This document shows positions 26,157-39,270 of a stretch of 64,000 bases of DNA, piece by piece; within the stretch, counting starts at the first letter, position 1, and each line of letters opens with the position of its first letter. The stretch covers positions 1-64,000 of the forward strand of contig VJWM01000219.1 in assembly GCA_010909165.1 (NCBI GenBank). Reading direction: 5' to 3'. The notes beneath the pieces were generated by a model, which had not been told where the DNA came from, did no database searches, and saw nothing but the letters and a program-made list of their open reading frames with translations. This DNA comes from Anthoceros angustus. Taxonomy: Eukaryota; Plantae; Anthocerotophyta. The position numbers and the translations under genes were made by a program.

Positions 26157-27193
26157 CGTAGCCGAGTTCGCTGGAGCAGATCCTCGTCGCTCAAGCAGAA
26201 AATCAGCTGGCTCCGCGGCCTGGCGACGTGGTCGGCTGCACTTCCGTCGCTTCCCGCCTTTTCGAAAGAAGTTAATTTGGCAAAGCAAACGACCTAAAGG
26301 AAGCTGCTGGAGACGAGAGGGAAGGCATTGGGTGAAATAGGTTTTGAGTCGAGCAAGAGTGTGAGACGGTCCGAAGGCTTGATCAACAGCTTGAGGGCTC
26401 CAGCGAGCCCACTCCTCGCATCAGATGGTAGGCGCATGTTGGCAGTCTCCACATGCACCATCCGACCCACTATCAATCTTACATTGGGATTACTGGCTTG
26501 ACAGCCAAGCGATGTTTCTGTTTGATCCATTCCGATCATCGTGAGGTGAGGATCAGTATATGCACCTTCTCATCGCTGCTACAACAAGTCTCCTTTTTTT
26601 CCAGAGAAGTCTTCGCATCATTTAAGCTGCCATTCCATTATGTGTTGAAGCACCGTATCAAGGTGACCCTATGGAAAAGAGGAGACAGCCAGGAATCTGG
26701 GACTCTCCTCCTTGCAGGAACACATTCAGGAGAGCTACTGTGAAAGCCTCTCACTTATTGCTGGTGGTCAAAAGGGATGTGGACCTGGCGGCGTGGTTTA
26801 GGCACTGGATTGTAGGTTTTGGTGGACGGCATGAGGGAGAAGTCATCAGCCTCGCATCTGCCTGCAAAAGGTATGAGAAGGCATTTTTCGCCGGTAACAG
26901 CTGATGATGGTGCTAATTTGACGCTGGTCACGTCAGAGGATGTCAACAAAGCGAAGTCTGAAGAGCTCTGGAAAATCCACAACAAAGACCTGTGTTGAAG
27001 ATGGGCAGGGTGCTTGAGTAAGGGTGGAGGCATTTCTTCAAGCTGAAGGAATGTACAGATGCAGGAGATTGAACTTATTGTAGCATGAATGTCGTCGGGC
27101 ATTGTTGCTTTCAACCACAGTCTCTCCTCTGCACGACAGCGGGTGTAGAACTCCTAATTTGGAAATCAGGCTCATTAGTATAACTAGTAAAAA

Positions 27194-27798
27194 GAAGAAG
27201 AAGAAGAATTTTATTGAAGTCCACCGGGGACGGAAATATTTCCGTCATAGGACTTGATACTTAACAACTTGTACCATGGTATATCTAAGCTACTTGCACC
27301 AAGGGCATCTATTTTCTTTAGGCACCCCATCTAAGTACTGATTCAAGCGTAGGATGCTTAATAAACACGTTATTATAAATGTATGTCCATTTGGCCTAAG
27401 CCATTTATAAGAACATCGTGATTAAGCAAGATATAAATGTGTGTCCATTTGGCCTAAGTCATTTATAAGAACATTATGATTAAGCCTCCTGTGCTAAGAT
27501 CTGAGATCGTAAGAATATCATGATTAAGCATCCTGCGTTTAGATCAGTACTTAGATAGGGTACCTAAAGAAGTGGATGCACCAAGTATCTAAAGGAGTGG
27601 ATGCACTAAGTACCTAAAGGGAGTGAATGCCCTTAGTGCAAGTAGCTTAGGCACACCATGGTACAAGTTGTTAAGTACCAAGTTCCATGATACAAGTTGT
27701 TAAGTACCAAGTTCCATGATACAAGTTGTTAAGTACCAAGTTCCATGAGGGAAATCCGTTCTTAGAGGACTTCAATAGAATTCTTCGTCTTCTTCTTC
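27194..27798. mobile_element. Foldback/MITE-like element with long imperfect terminal inverted repeats and internal tandem duplications
   Basis: The right end (27560-27798) is the reverse complement of the left end (27194-27360). A 29-bp unit TACAAGTTGTTAAGTACCAAGTTCCATGA occurs x3 (27662-27748). A second arm copy lies at 12492. Confidence 0.85.
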
Positions 27799-28286
27799 AT
27801 TTGGACACACGCGCACGATGCTGCCCATCCCAACTCGGGTTGTGGTTGGAACTGATGAGAGTCGGTGGATGGTTACCACCCTGTGTCAAAGGTCGTAGTT
27901 ATCCTCTCCGCCGAGCGGAGGATAATATCCGTCGTGCAGCTGTGGAGTGGATAGATAATATCCGGCCGCCCCCGGATATATAAATCCCCCGCGCTTCCCG
28001 AGTGCAATGCGGAGTGTTGTTGTGTGAGCTTGCTGCTTTCCCGACCTTCACTTGCCTTCTGATTGTCTGCGCCTGCCTGACACCCGTTGTCTTGATCTTA
28101 GCAGGCGCATTCCAGCGCAGCTACCTGATTGCGCTGCATTGTAGCTGAGTGTAGCACGCCCACGGGCGTCGGGAGATTCTCCGGGCCGATTTCCTTCTTG
28201 CTTGTAGTACGCATATTCCTGCCGCTGTCTTACCAGCCATCACAAGGCTGCAATTGTTGTAGAGGAAGTCCTTGTGTATCGTGCCA

Positions 28287-28865
28287 ATGGATATGGAGTT
28301 CCATCACACCAGCGCCAGCGACAGCTGGAATCCGCTTTCTCCACGGGAAGGATCCTGCGACCCGTTTGAGGAGATCGGAGAATTCGGCTACGTTTCACCG
28401 AGCGGCTACTCCAAGGGAGTGCATGGCGCGTCTCGTCTCCGGCCCAGTGCACGAGCTCACATTGACTGGGTGGAGAAGCCAGATCTGCACATCTTCAAAG
28501 TCGATCTGCCAGGTCTGCCTGACCCTCTCCAGCTGTTCTTCCCTAGTAACCGCAATTGCAAACAAGCTTGCTGTTGAGTGTTCTTTCTGCGGACGCTAAC
28601 CAAAGCCGGGGGAATGTCCATGTCGGGGTGAGCAGGTATGAAAGAGGATGACATTCATGTGGAAGTGGAGGAGGGCCGCATTCTGAAGATCAGCGGGGAT
28701 CGCGATGAGGAACACCTGAGTGAATCCGACAAGTGGCACCAGCATGAGAGATCTTACGGCCACTTCTTGCGGCGATTCCGCCTGCCTGACAACGCCGACA
28801 CAGACCAAGTGCAGGCCAAGCTTGAGAGCGGGGTCCTCAAGCTCACCATCCCTAAGAGCCAGTAG
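28287..28865 (+). CDS. Small heat-shock protein, 2 coding exons (28287-28512, 28636-28865); start codon uncertain
   Basis: HIDWVEKPDLHIFKVDLP|GMKEDDIHVEVEEGRILKISGDR...WHQHERSYGHFLRRFRLPDNADTDQVQAKLESGVLKLTIPK; TATA box at ~27977. Confidence 0.92.
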
Positions 28866-29494
28866 TGAAGCTTGCCCCCGGCTCACATCAATGTTCTTTC
28901 TTTGGAGGTTCGCTTGAAGTGCTCAAGCTTGCCTCATCCTTAATTTAGCTGGCTAGGTTTCCGGTACTGCCTGGCGGCAGTAGGTATGCCCGCACTACCT
29001 CTCACCACCTCTGTTGCTTTCCGCATCAGCACTGCTGCAGCAGGAGATGCCTGTTTCTGGCAGGTAGTGCGCTATTTAGTGAGGACGGGACGTCGTACTT
29101 AGGCTTTTCCAATTCGTCTTTTCCTCCTGCCACCAGAGAGAGATCGTACAGGGTTTCATCTGGTAGTAAGGGACAAGGCTGATCATCCTTTGTTCAACAT
29201 GTACCTCTAGAACTGGCACGATGTACAGATAATGGAAACTCTGCCACACTACCTGTGGCCGTTCTTACTCCAGCTGGCTGTCGTCTTCACCAGCGCATCA
29301 ACACCAGCTTTGCACAATATTCCCTAGGAGGAAGATTACCTATTGCACGTGTGCACTTGCCAAGTTGCCGGTTAACAGAGCTATCTGGATATGTCGGTAG
29401 GATGATATCTGGACGAGAAGCGAGCAGGAGCAGCGACAGAAATGCTGGAATGCATAATTAACGGGATGCAGGGAGCCGAATGGCGTGGGATCGT

Positions 29495-30299
29495 TCAGGC
29501 CGCACTCGCAGTCGTCGTGGTGGTAACTGTGGTCGTGGTGCTTGCTGTGGTGAGGGGAAATCCAATGCCGTGGCGAGTGGTTGGGAAGATGATGAAGACG
29601 AAGGTGATGACGAAGCCAGCTGCGAGCGGGATGCTGTCCACAACAGCGTTGGAGATGTCAGGGTAGAAGCAGAGCCTGACGTCCTGCGTGAAGAGGGTGG
29701 ATGTCGCGAACACCAGGGCGGTGAGCACGGCGTGCAGAAAATCGATAGCGTTGAGAGCGTAGGTCGCGTCCACGTATTGGCCTGCCACAAGCAAATCAAA
29801 CAACGGCTGTGAGAGGCGGATCCAAAGGGGATGTGGGAGACGAGCGTGGTGAACTCAGACTCGAACTAAGGCTCGGACAGATGTGATTCAGACTCCGTCT
29901 GAGCCTGCTGGTGCTGGTTGCGCGCGGCAGACCTCCGACCAGGAACGGGGAGTAGAGCCCGTAGGTGGTGACAATGCCGTAGATGACACTCCCGTCGGGC
30001 GCGACGATGCTGTCAGTGAAGACGAGGAAGACGGCGACGGTGCCGAGCACGCCCAGCAGAACGGCCGTCAGGATTTTCCACAGCGAGTCGCTACAGTCCC
30101 CGTTTTGCGACAGCAGGGGGACCAGGATCTGGAAGAAGAGGAAGGTGCCCGTGGGCAGCAGGTTGGCCAGGTTCCCTGCCCGCAGCAGCGCCGAATTGGC
30201 CACTTGCACCAGCGTTTGGCTGGACAGCACCTCCACTGCCGCCTGCGTGTTGGCGTCCGTGCTGATGAGAGGCTCCACTGTGGTGGAAGCGGCCGACAT
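29495..30299 (-). CDS. DMP: DUF679 membrane protein (DMP family), 2 exons (intron 29782-29932)
   Basis: AGNLANLLPTGTFLFFQILVP..SQNGDC; FTDS...GSVIYGIVT; IDFLHAVLTALVF...CFYP; IFPTTRHGIGFP - diagnostic DMP motifs. Confidence 0.93.
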
Positions 30300-31789
30300 G
30301 TTGTTGTTGTTGTAGCTGAGATGCGCCGGGTCGGGATACCTTGATCACAAGTTTCTCTGATGCTATGCACTTGTGCTTCCAAAACGCCGAATCGCGCTCA
30401 GCTGCTGTGAGGTTGAACTGCGTCTGACGTTCTGATCTCGATGCTCAGCTGCTGGCACCAGGTCTCAAGTGTTACATGTGTTCGAGACTGCTCTGTCACC
30501 TGGCCTGCCTTAGAGACTTGAGGCTGCAGGCCGGTGCCATTGGATGGCATCACGTCTGTTGCACAACAGCGTGAACTGATTGCCTTCACGGAATGTTCAA
30601 TCATTCAAGTTGGTATCCCAGAAATGCAGAGCGACATGGAGCAATTGTTACAGTCGTGGGCCCCGGTGGTTAGCGACTGGTGCTGGAATCCCCTTGACGT
30701 GCGATGTGACCAGTCTATCATCCATACGCCTCCATTATAAAAATGTGAAGGTGCACGTCTCACGACCTGTGGAGGATTTGCCAGCCTGGGAGCTTACAAT
30801 CCAGCCTCCCGTTAACGTTGCCCGGCTCCATAGCTGCAGTGCCTGATATCATGTAATATCATGCAACAGTCGGAGTGCACCATTTGAGTGCTGCTCATGA
30901 GATGCTACTTGATAGCATAAGCTTTAGATTCAAATGCATGGCCTTGTCGTCCTCATGATCGGCCCGGAAACATCTTATAGGCCACGCTGGATTGATCCCG
31001 TACCCACCAGAAAATTGAAAAGTGTCCGGCATTGCGTGGAACTTCAAGTGCATCGAAAAGTGTCCGGCATTGCATGGAACTTGAAGTGCATTGTGTCATC
31101 GTGTACGGACCACCCTGCCGTAAAAGCATAAGGGGAGGACAGCTCACTGCGGACATCTTCACCGTGTGTTAAGTTAAGTAATATCATCGTGTACATAATC
31201 ATAAAATTAATCTCCAAAACCGTTGCCAATATTCATATAACCTTATATCATGTCATGGATTATGAGTTAGTGAATCTAAGACATTAACAAAACCAGCATG
31301 TATAAATTTTCGTATTTTCTTTCCTTTTTCTTTCTTTCATGGGTATAGTGTATTTCACGACTCCTACAAAGAGGCCAACTCGGAGAACCTCATTTTTACA
31401 ATAGGCAACCTCGTAGAACCTTTTTTACAATAAGCGGTTCGATAGAACTGTTCTTACAACATGTGCCCTGTAGGACCATGAAATAGGGAACGGTGGGCTT
31501 GGCCCCGTAGGCCTTGTTTAGAACAGGCGGCCCTGTATGGCCAGGAAGTAGATGGTACCCCATCTTGTTACTGTGAAGTTGCAATGAATTCAAACATTTG
31601 TCACCCCTTCAAGAGAGCATGTGTAAATTGAAGATGGTGCAATGTTCCTCTTTGTTTGCACTGAAATCTTTTGAATATCTAGGTAATTTAAAATTTGGTG
31701 CAAAAGTAATAATATGTACTTGGGAGAAAAAGACTCTCCATGCACATAAACATGAAGCTCTTTAAATATCTATTGGAGAATTGCGCTCA

Positions 31790-32210
31790 ACTTTATGAAC
31801 ATCCACCTAAGCATCAAACTCTTCATGGACATAGATATGAGATGTTTAGGACATCCATAGGACGATAAAGCTCTTCACTCACATTCATTTGAAAACCCTT
31901 GGTAGATAGGGACATGCGGATATCCATGGGAAATGAACTCATGATGCATATAGACGTGAGACTCTCCACAAGAATCTATAAGAGAATGAGTCTCTTCATG
32001 GACATGGGTGTGAGAACGAGACTTCTCTTGACATCCAAGGTGACTATTAATGGACATTCGTGTAAGAGACTTTTCATGCAAATCCATGGCTGAAATTGAA
32101 ACTCTTTAAGGACATTTGGGTAAGAACAAGACTTATCTTGGACACTTGATTAAAATGAGACTCTTCCTAGACATCCATGTAAGAATGAGGCTTTTCATGA
32201 ACATTCACAA
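31790..32210. repeat. Highly degenerate ~30-bp minisatellite (core AGACTCTTCATGGACATCCATG)
   Basis: Core variants recur about 8-10 times. Confidence 0.55.
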
Positions 32211-32269
32211 ACGAACCATATCGTGAATCCGAACCAAACCACGTCGTGAATCCAAACCAAGCCAATCTT

Positions 32270-32450
32270 CGGTTCTTTTGTCAGTTTGTTCACACCAGAT
32301 ATGTTATACTCTAGCCACCTCAAACATAGCAGACCCATCTCCGGTTCTTTTGTCACTTTGTTCACACTAGATATGTTATACTCTATTCACCTAATACATA
32401 GCAAGCCCTCTCCAATTCTTTTGTCACTTTGTTTGGACCAAACTCTAGCT
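32270..32450. repeat. ~70-bp tandem repeat, about 2.4 copies
   Basis: TTCTTTTGTCA.TTTGTTCACAC.AGATATGTTATACTCTA recurs. Confidence 0.8.
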
Positions 32451-32850
32451 ACCTAATACAAACTAAGAAAAAAATCGAAAATAGGTAGCTGGTAGCTTAT
32501 GGACACTTTTAAAATGCATCACGAATGTATCGCGAATAAGTATAAGGGAGATTGGTATCTTCCAAACTGGCAATCCCTTGTGGAGACCAAAATGACAAAC
32601 TGATCAATATCTAATGGGCAAGCTTATTCCAATGCATTAGTGACTAGGTAGTTGTAATAATTGATACACAGGCAATGCGCCATGGTGATGTCTTCGGTGA
32701 GGACCATCTTCCTGAACCGATTAAACAATCTGATGAACAAATCTAAACAATGAGGATGCTATGTTGGTGTCCTTGCCACAACCAGAAATCGAGCGAGTCA
32801 GCTGGGAGAAGATCTCTTCAAGTGGGGCTGACAACGTCAGCCCACCGTGA

Positions 32851-35160
32851 CTATCTCCAGTGCCGGTCAAGATTGACACTGAGGTAGCCAGCATTGTGCT
32901 TGCCGCCAGTGCTTCTCATGCCGTCGATGAGATAGCACCAGGTGGAGCCCAGGGCCCCGACAAAGTAGTCAGCATCAGCCGCCATGAGGAAGTTCACCAC
33001 AGTCATGCTGCTGGCCAGTTCCTTGCCCAAGCTTTTCAAGTATGAGCCCATGCTGGTGTGGCCACTTTGCCTGGGCACCTTGGTGTAGTAGAAGTTCCAG
33101 CCTGCGTACTCGGACGACTCATCAATCACTTCCTGCACCACCAGAGCAGCAGCAGCGTCAAACAGCTGACGGCAACATTGTTAGGTAACAGATTTGCCGT
33201 ATGACTGACTGACTTACCTGCATTTCGGAGGAGAGCCATATGTCCTTGATGTGGGGAAACCTGTTGCGCAGTCGCTGGGCCAGGGCCATGTAATCCGAGA
33301 AGCCCTTGATCTTCATCTCGGAGCCCTTGTCTCCCATCCTGACGTGCACACTCAAGAGCGGTCTGGGAACCCACGGCTTGTGGCTCGGCCACACCCACTT
33401 CTCCATGTCCTTCTCCATAACCACCCCGCTGCTATTCGACGTCTGTGTCACATCACCAGAGCCCGATATGAAGCATATAAGCGTCCTCCGACTGTGCGGA
33501 CCGATCCAGTCTATGTGGTTGCACACATCATCAAGACCGGAAGAAGATACCTGGACGGAAACTCGAAGCGTGTTGGCAGCAGCTCTCACGCCAAACGCCT
33601 CGTGCCTGGCCCTATTCATCAGCATGCAGGAGTGCTCGCTTTGGTATCTCATCATGTAGCGAATAGCCTGCAACACCATTCATCCACCCATTCACCAGGC
33701 TGCCCCTGTCAGCACTTCTCCTCCCTTGTCAAACATATTAGAGATGGGTGGTGGGTAGGTAGGTAGGTAGATGGCACAGGACCTGCGCTCGCCACCATCG
33801 CACATTGGCAGTCTTGTAGTTGGTCAAGAGACGGCCCTCCGCCTCCGTGGTGGGCTGTTCACGCTCCCAAGGTTTCCCCCACAACCTGCCACACGTCCAC
33901 ACACCATGTCATACCATGTCCTGCCCTATCTCGTGAGGGAAATCCGAATCATTCCACAGCTGCTCATCAAAGGCAAGCAAGCTTCCTCATACGGAGGTGT
34001 AGCAGTAGCTTACAAGGGCGGCTGGGCCATCCAGATATCCCAATGGGGCGGAATGTCCCTGTCCAGCAACACCCTTCTCTGCATAATCGGCACTTTGACC
34101 TCCTTCAAGCTCCCCATGAGCTCGTACGCCTTCTCTCTGCACTCGGCCGGAGTCTCGGGCACGAAATAGCAAGACCATCGCATGTGGCCCTTCCCTGCAC
34201 CCACAAAAGAACAGCAACCCACAACCCACCACTTCCATCAATCCCTTGCCACTGCATCACCCCAATCGCAACAAGCCTGAATTCCCCAACCCACCAAAAC
34301 CGACCTCGACAGGCCGGGTGTCCGGCAAAGTCGAAATCATGCGTCACCAGCACCCGCTTCTGCTCAATGGCCACCGCGAACATGCCCTGCATATGGTGAA
34401 TCTGGGCCCCGAACCCGTGCTTCGGGTTGTTGGTCCAGGACGCCACCAGGAAGCGCACGCTCTCATCGGAACAGTTCCGCGGATGCTGCAGCAGCCAGAG
34501 GTCCCGCTGCGCCCGCCTGGTCATGGGCAGATTATCCTCGTCCGCGCCCTCCACCTGCAACACCCCGCTGCGCAGCCCGCGTCAGCCAATCCCGCACCGC
34601 ACCCCGCCCATCCCTTCAATCCAGAGGGGAAGCGGGGACTCGGACGGACCTACCCAGGGAGGAAAGGGCTCCCACACCAGAGGCGCCGCGTCCCCGAGAA
34701 ACGCCTCCGACCGCGAATGCTCCAGCTCCACGGGGTCCTCGGTCCGCTCCAGCTCCCGGATCCGGCCCTTCCACAGGCCCCAGACGGGCCACTCCCGTCC
34801 TCCCCGCTCGTCCAGCGCCCGGTGCTCCGCCGCCCGGGCCGCGCAGTCCTCCAGATGCGGCCCCTCACCCCCGTCATGTTCCGCAGCTCCTTGCGGGCCT
34901 CCGCCACCAGCGGGTCCCCTTCTCCTGCATCCGAGCTCCGGGCTGGCCTCCCACATCGCCAGCAGCCACTCCATCTGCTGCATTTCCCAGGCATCACGCT
35001 CCCCAGCTCCACCACCCCGCCTTCCTCCCCACTCCCCCAGCCCCTCTGCCCTCTCCGCCCCCAGCCTCGGCACCGTGTACAGCAGCCACAGGCAGTAGAT
35101 GAGGCCCATCACCACCCCGATCACCATCCCCTTGCAAACCAGCCCCGATCCCGTCCCCAT
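32851..35160 (-). CDS. Type II membrane glycosyltransferase, alpha-(1,6)-fucosyltransferase-like (GT23-related plant family), multi-exon
   Basis: N-terminal TM anchor; FPPW|VEGADEDNLPMTRRAQRDLWLLQHPRNC; HGFGAQIH; QAIRYMMRYQSEH; PRPLLSVHVRMGDKGSEM; IWLSSEMQ; VVNFLMAADADYFVGALGSTWCYLIDGMRSTGGK..AGYLSVN. Confidence 0.85.
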
Positions 35161-37645
35161 CTCCCTCCCCTTCCCTTCCTCACCAAACAAAGCCAATCAA
35201 TCCTCCTCCTCCAGATCCTCCTCCTCCAAATCCTCGAAATCCCAATGCGATCCCTCCTCCTCCCTACCGCCCACCACCCGCGCCCTCTGCGCTCCCGCTG
35301 CGGCCCCCTCCATGTTGCAGCTCCAGGCCCCGCCCGGCGCCTGGCGCTCCGGTGTCCATCACCAAATCCGTGCCCGCTGCAGCCTCTTATGCTCCTCGGC
35401 TGCAACGTCGGCAAAACCCAACAAAACGGCACGGCACGGCGCGGCGCGGATCGGGCCCCTTACCTGTCCGTTTCTCTTCTCGTGTATTCTATTCCTCCGA
35501 AAGCCGGGGATCTCGATCCTGGCGCTTATCATCACACGTCGTATCCTTCAAAATGCGGCTCTCCCGTCCCACCATGGCAGACCAAGTATTCCGCGAGTTT
35601 ATGAATTAGATCAAGTCCCTTCGCGCGCTTAAGTAGAGTAAAGTGATGCAAGTCGTCAAATCTGGCTTCGTTTCAATGTTGAGCTGTCCTTGATAATCCA
35701 TCCATGACTTGAAATGGGCATAAGACTAACGAGATGCTTGTTTCCTCGAGATGCTTGCGGAGATGATTCATGGTGGTACTTGTAGGAAATGGGGCGCCCA
35801 AAAGTTATGGTGGAGTCTTTGTGTTCAGGTTGCGAAAGCTTGGGGGTGTCCAGGAAGGTGATGGTGAAGCTTGGAGTATCCAGGAAGGTGGCGGAGGGGA
35901 ATTTGGCCTCCTGCTTGCTTGCCTTGCGCTGCTGCTGGTGGGAACGGCGGCATTATAACAGGGGAGCCTGGAGGCTCCAGTGCCCGCAGTAATGTCACGT
36001 GAAAACTGCCGACCGTGAAGGAAAACGGGAATAATTGCAACCGCCAGGGGAGTCAGGTGGCAGTGGATAACAGGCCCTCCGACGGGGGCCAACCGGCTGA
36101 CGCTGGCTTCAACATTACCAACGTTTTCTTCTGCCTCACCCGAATAGACCATCCATTAATTCCGCTAAAACAAACCAGACCATCCATTCTTTCGTTGAGT
36201 TACTAGGGTTTGGGAGTGTTTGAATTATTATCAGCATTAGCTATAAGAAGAACTCATATAATATGACATTGAACAAGATCTATATATCTAGCTTTATATA
36301 TTTTTATTTATTATTAAATTTTATATCTACATTAATTAATTTTTATTTTATAATAACTAGAACAGAATGTGAACATTTCTTTGTGACCAGTTTTGATATT
36401 TTCTGGGAACAGAGTTTTGTCGTATTGAACATTCTTTGCTTGCATTGTAGTGGGGACGACATAAAGTACCAACAATATTGATGGAGTATATACCAACAAG
36501 ATGAATAAAGTACTTACACTTGACGCACGCGTTGATGATTACACACACTACTACACTTACACTTGATGATTAGATGATACATGTTTGCTGAAAGTAGGGT
36601 TTTGCTTTTTTAATTCAATGAGTTGTTATGAATAAATTCAAAGTAATGTTACAAAGAATTATAGAAATATAAAAATATAATGAGAAAAAATGCACACCCG
36701 TGATGTGTATACCGCATTGGAGATGTGAAAAAGGGACATATAACATATTATATAAAGTGAAAACTAAAATTCACCCAAAAACATGCAAGTGTTTTACATG
36801 AACTCATCAACATTTCTTAGGTTTTGAGCCTTAAAAATTATTTATTGATATTTAAAATTATATACATATTTTAAATGAATAAAATTTATATTTCCAAATT
36901 TTGATGGTATAAAATTCTAGAGTTTTAAGTAGTAGTGTGAACGTAGTTGTTGCTCTTGCTTCAATCATCGGAATGACATGTAACACTACTCTAGTGATTG
37001 TGTATATTCTTTGGTAGGATGTCATGAGTTTACTCAAAGAATCCTCTCAACTTTGTTAGCACTTGTTGTGAGATGACAAATACATAAGTCAACAATTTTC
37101 CAACAAGGTTCTCATGCAATGTACAATATGTACAATGTACACTACACCTACACATTTATGGAGTGTATTTCATGCTTCCATGTCCTCAAGAACATATCAA
37201 GAACTTTTCATGAAAAGCTTGAAATAATGCATTCTTATAATTGAACTATATACAATTATGAAAAAGTAAAAATAAGATGCCTAGGGATACACAAATTTAG
37301 GATCATATGATACTATACTTAACACAGGAAATGGAATATGGCATAATTGTGTACACAGCCACTAGGTATTGTGTACTAATTTAATTTGTCAACTGTACTC
37401 AATAACACTGACTCAACCAACGGACACGTCCAGGTCAGCTTCCGCTTTTGGCGGTTACTGTGCTGTGCACTTGCTTTATAGCCGCCTTCAGCTAGCCCCA
37501 GCTACTACCTTTCTTTCTGCTGGCAGTTCCACTAATTGCTTGAAGGTCCAAGTAAAGAGGATGAACTACACTAAGTGATGCTTTCCTGAAGCTGGTTGCA
37601 TGTATTCATGTTGCAAGGAAAAAGCTACTAGTTAGACGCACGGAA

Positions 37646-39270
37646 ATGGACATCTTACTGGGTTGTTTTGCGAGGTTCATTCTGTTTCTTACGTACACCT
37701 CTCAGATGCATATAGGGAAGGTTACAGCGCAAAGCTTTTTCCCCGCATTGTTTACATTCGGAGACTCCTTGGTGGATAACGGAAACAACAACTTTATAGC
37801 TTCCCTTGCAAGGGCAAACTATCCTCCCAATGGCATCGACTATGAGGCTGTGATGCCATCAGGCAGATTCTGCAATGGAAGAACTGTTGCCGACTATATC
37901 AGTAAGAAAATAAATTGTGCAACCTGCACTTAACTAGCTTCAAGAACACCTCAGCTGATGTTTGTTTTGTTTATGTCCACAAAATAGGCTATTTAATGGG
38001 AATCACCTCAGCCCCTCCTTACCTAGATTTCAATCAGAACAATTTCTTTCATGGGGTGAACTTCGCATCTGGTGCTGCTGGCATACTCGATGAATCAGGG
38101 GCAAACTATGTGATCTCTCGAACAATATCAAACCTTTTCCTCCTATCATATATTTAAAGCTCCCTGAAGAAGCAATAGTGTTAAATAGCTCCCTACTTTA
38201 GTGCATGACTTCAAGTTCGGCTTGTTAGAACTATTTACTCAAAATTTACTTTTTTACCTTTGGCCACTGATGCAGCTACAACGAATACCCATGTCAGTTC
38301 AAGTGGAGTATTTCAAAGATGTGAAGCGTAATTTGTGTAGCTCTCTTGGGGCTGCTCAGACAGATGATCTTATCCAAAAGTCTTTGTATTTCATTGTCAT
38401 GGGGAGCAATGACTACCTCAACAACTATCTCCTACCTAATTCGCCAGATGCTTTAAAATATAATCCCCAAGACTATCAAGACATGCTGATTGAGACTTTC
38501 AGAATGCAGCTCAAGGTTAGCTGTTGTTGAATTCTGACATTTTGAACTCGACATCTTTCCATTGTTTCTATTGGGCTCAACCGTCATCTTAAATCTTGTC
38601 TCCCTTCAGACTCTGTATGCTACTGGTGCTCGTAAGATAGTGGTGGCAGCAGTTGGACCCCTTGGTTGCATTCCGTACCTGATGATTCAATTTCACAGCG
38701 TTCATGGAGAGTGTATAGAGGAGCCGATCAACAAACTTGTTAGAGGGTTTAATGGGGCTTTGAAAGAATTGCTGGTGAACCTTACCTTGGAATTACCAAG
38801 GGCAAACTTTTTGTATGCAAATGCTTTTGATAATACTTTTGCTTATGCAAACAAGCCTGCTGATTTTGGTAAGGTAACTCTACCATTTCATATTTATTAT
38901 TTAAGTATTGCATTAATATTATTATATTGATCTATTTAACCTTTCAATTATTATATAATAGGATTTGTACACGGTAATTTATCTTGCTGTGGAGTAGGAG
39001 TATATGGAGCTGAATCCCCATGTTTACCTGCCACTCCATATTGTAAGGATCGAGCTGCATATGTGTTCTGGGATAGGTGAGAGTTCACAATTTTTTATTC
39101 AATATCTTCTTAAATATTTTACATTCAATAATGGCTACTCTTAAAAACAATTTTGGCTTGACAGATATCACCCAACCGATCGTGCAAATTTATTACTTGC
39201 AAATTCCTTTGTGTATGGATCAAATGATGATATTAGTCCAATGAACATTGCAAAACTAGCTACGATCTAG
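37646..39270 (+). CDS. GDSL esterase/lipase, 5 exons
   Basis: PALFTFGDSLVDNGNNN..ARANYPPNGIDY..SGRFCNG; GVNFASGAAGI; GSNDYLNNY; GARKIVV..GPLGCIP; CCGVG; YVFWD|RYHPTDRAN (catalytic D..H). Confidence 0.96.

Noticed and set aside
26290-27130. Short ORFs upstream of CCT6 (possible divergent gene)
   Set aside because: There is no recognisable domain and no consistent spliced frame by eye.
7350-28865. Apparent proteostasis cluster (3 sHSPs, CCT6, ATG10)
   Set aside because: The genes are interspersed with unrelated genes. In a compact eukaryotic genome this co-location is compatible with chance, and no shared regulatory signature is visible.
34246-35632. Long plus-strand ORFs (452, 223 and 177 aa)
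   Set aside because: They are antisense shadows of the GC-rich glycosyltransferase exons and low-complexity Pro/Ser translations.
36200-37400. AT-rich island as possible horizontal transfer together with the GDSL gene
   Set aside because: The GDSL gene has a typical plant 5-exon structure, and AT-rich intergenic DNA occurs elsewhere in the window.
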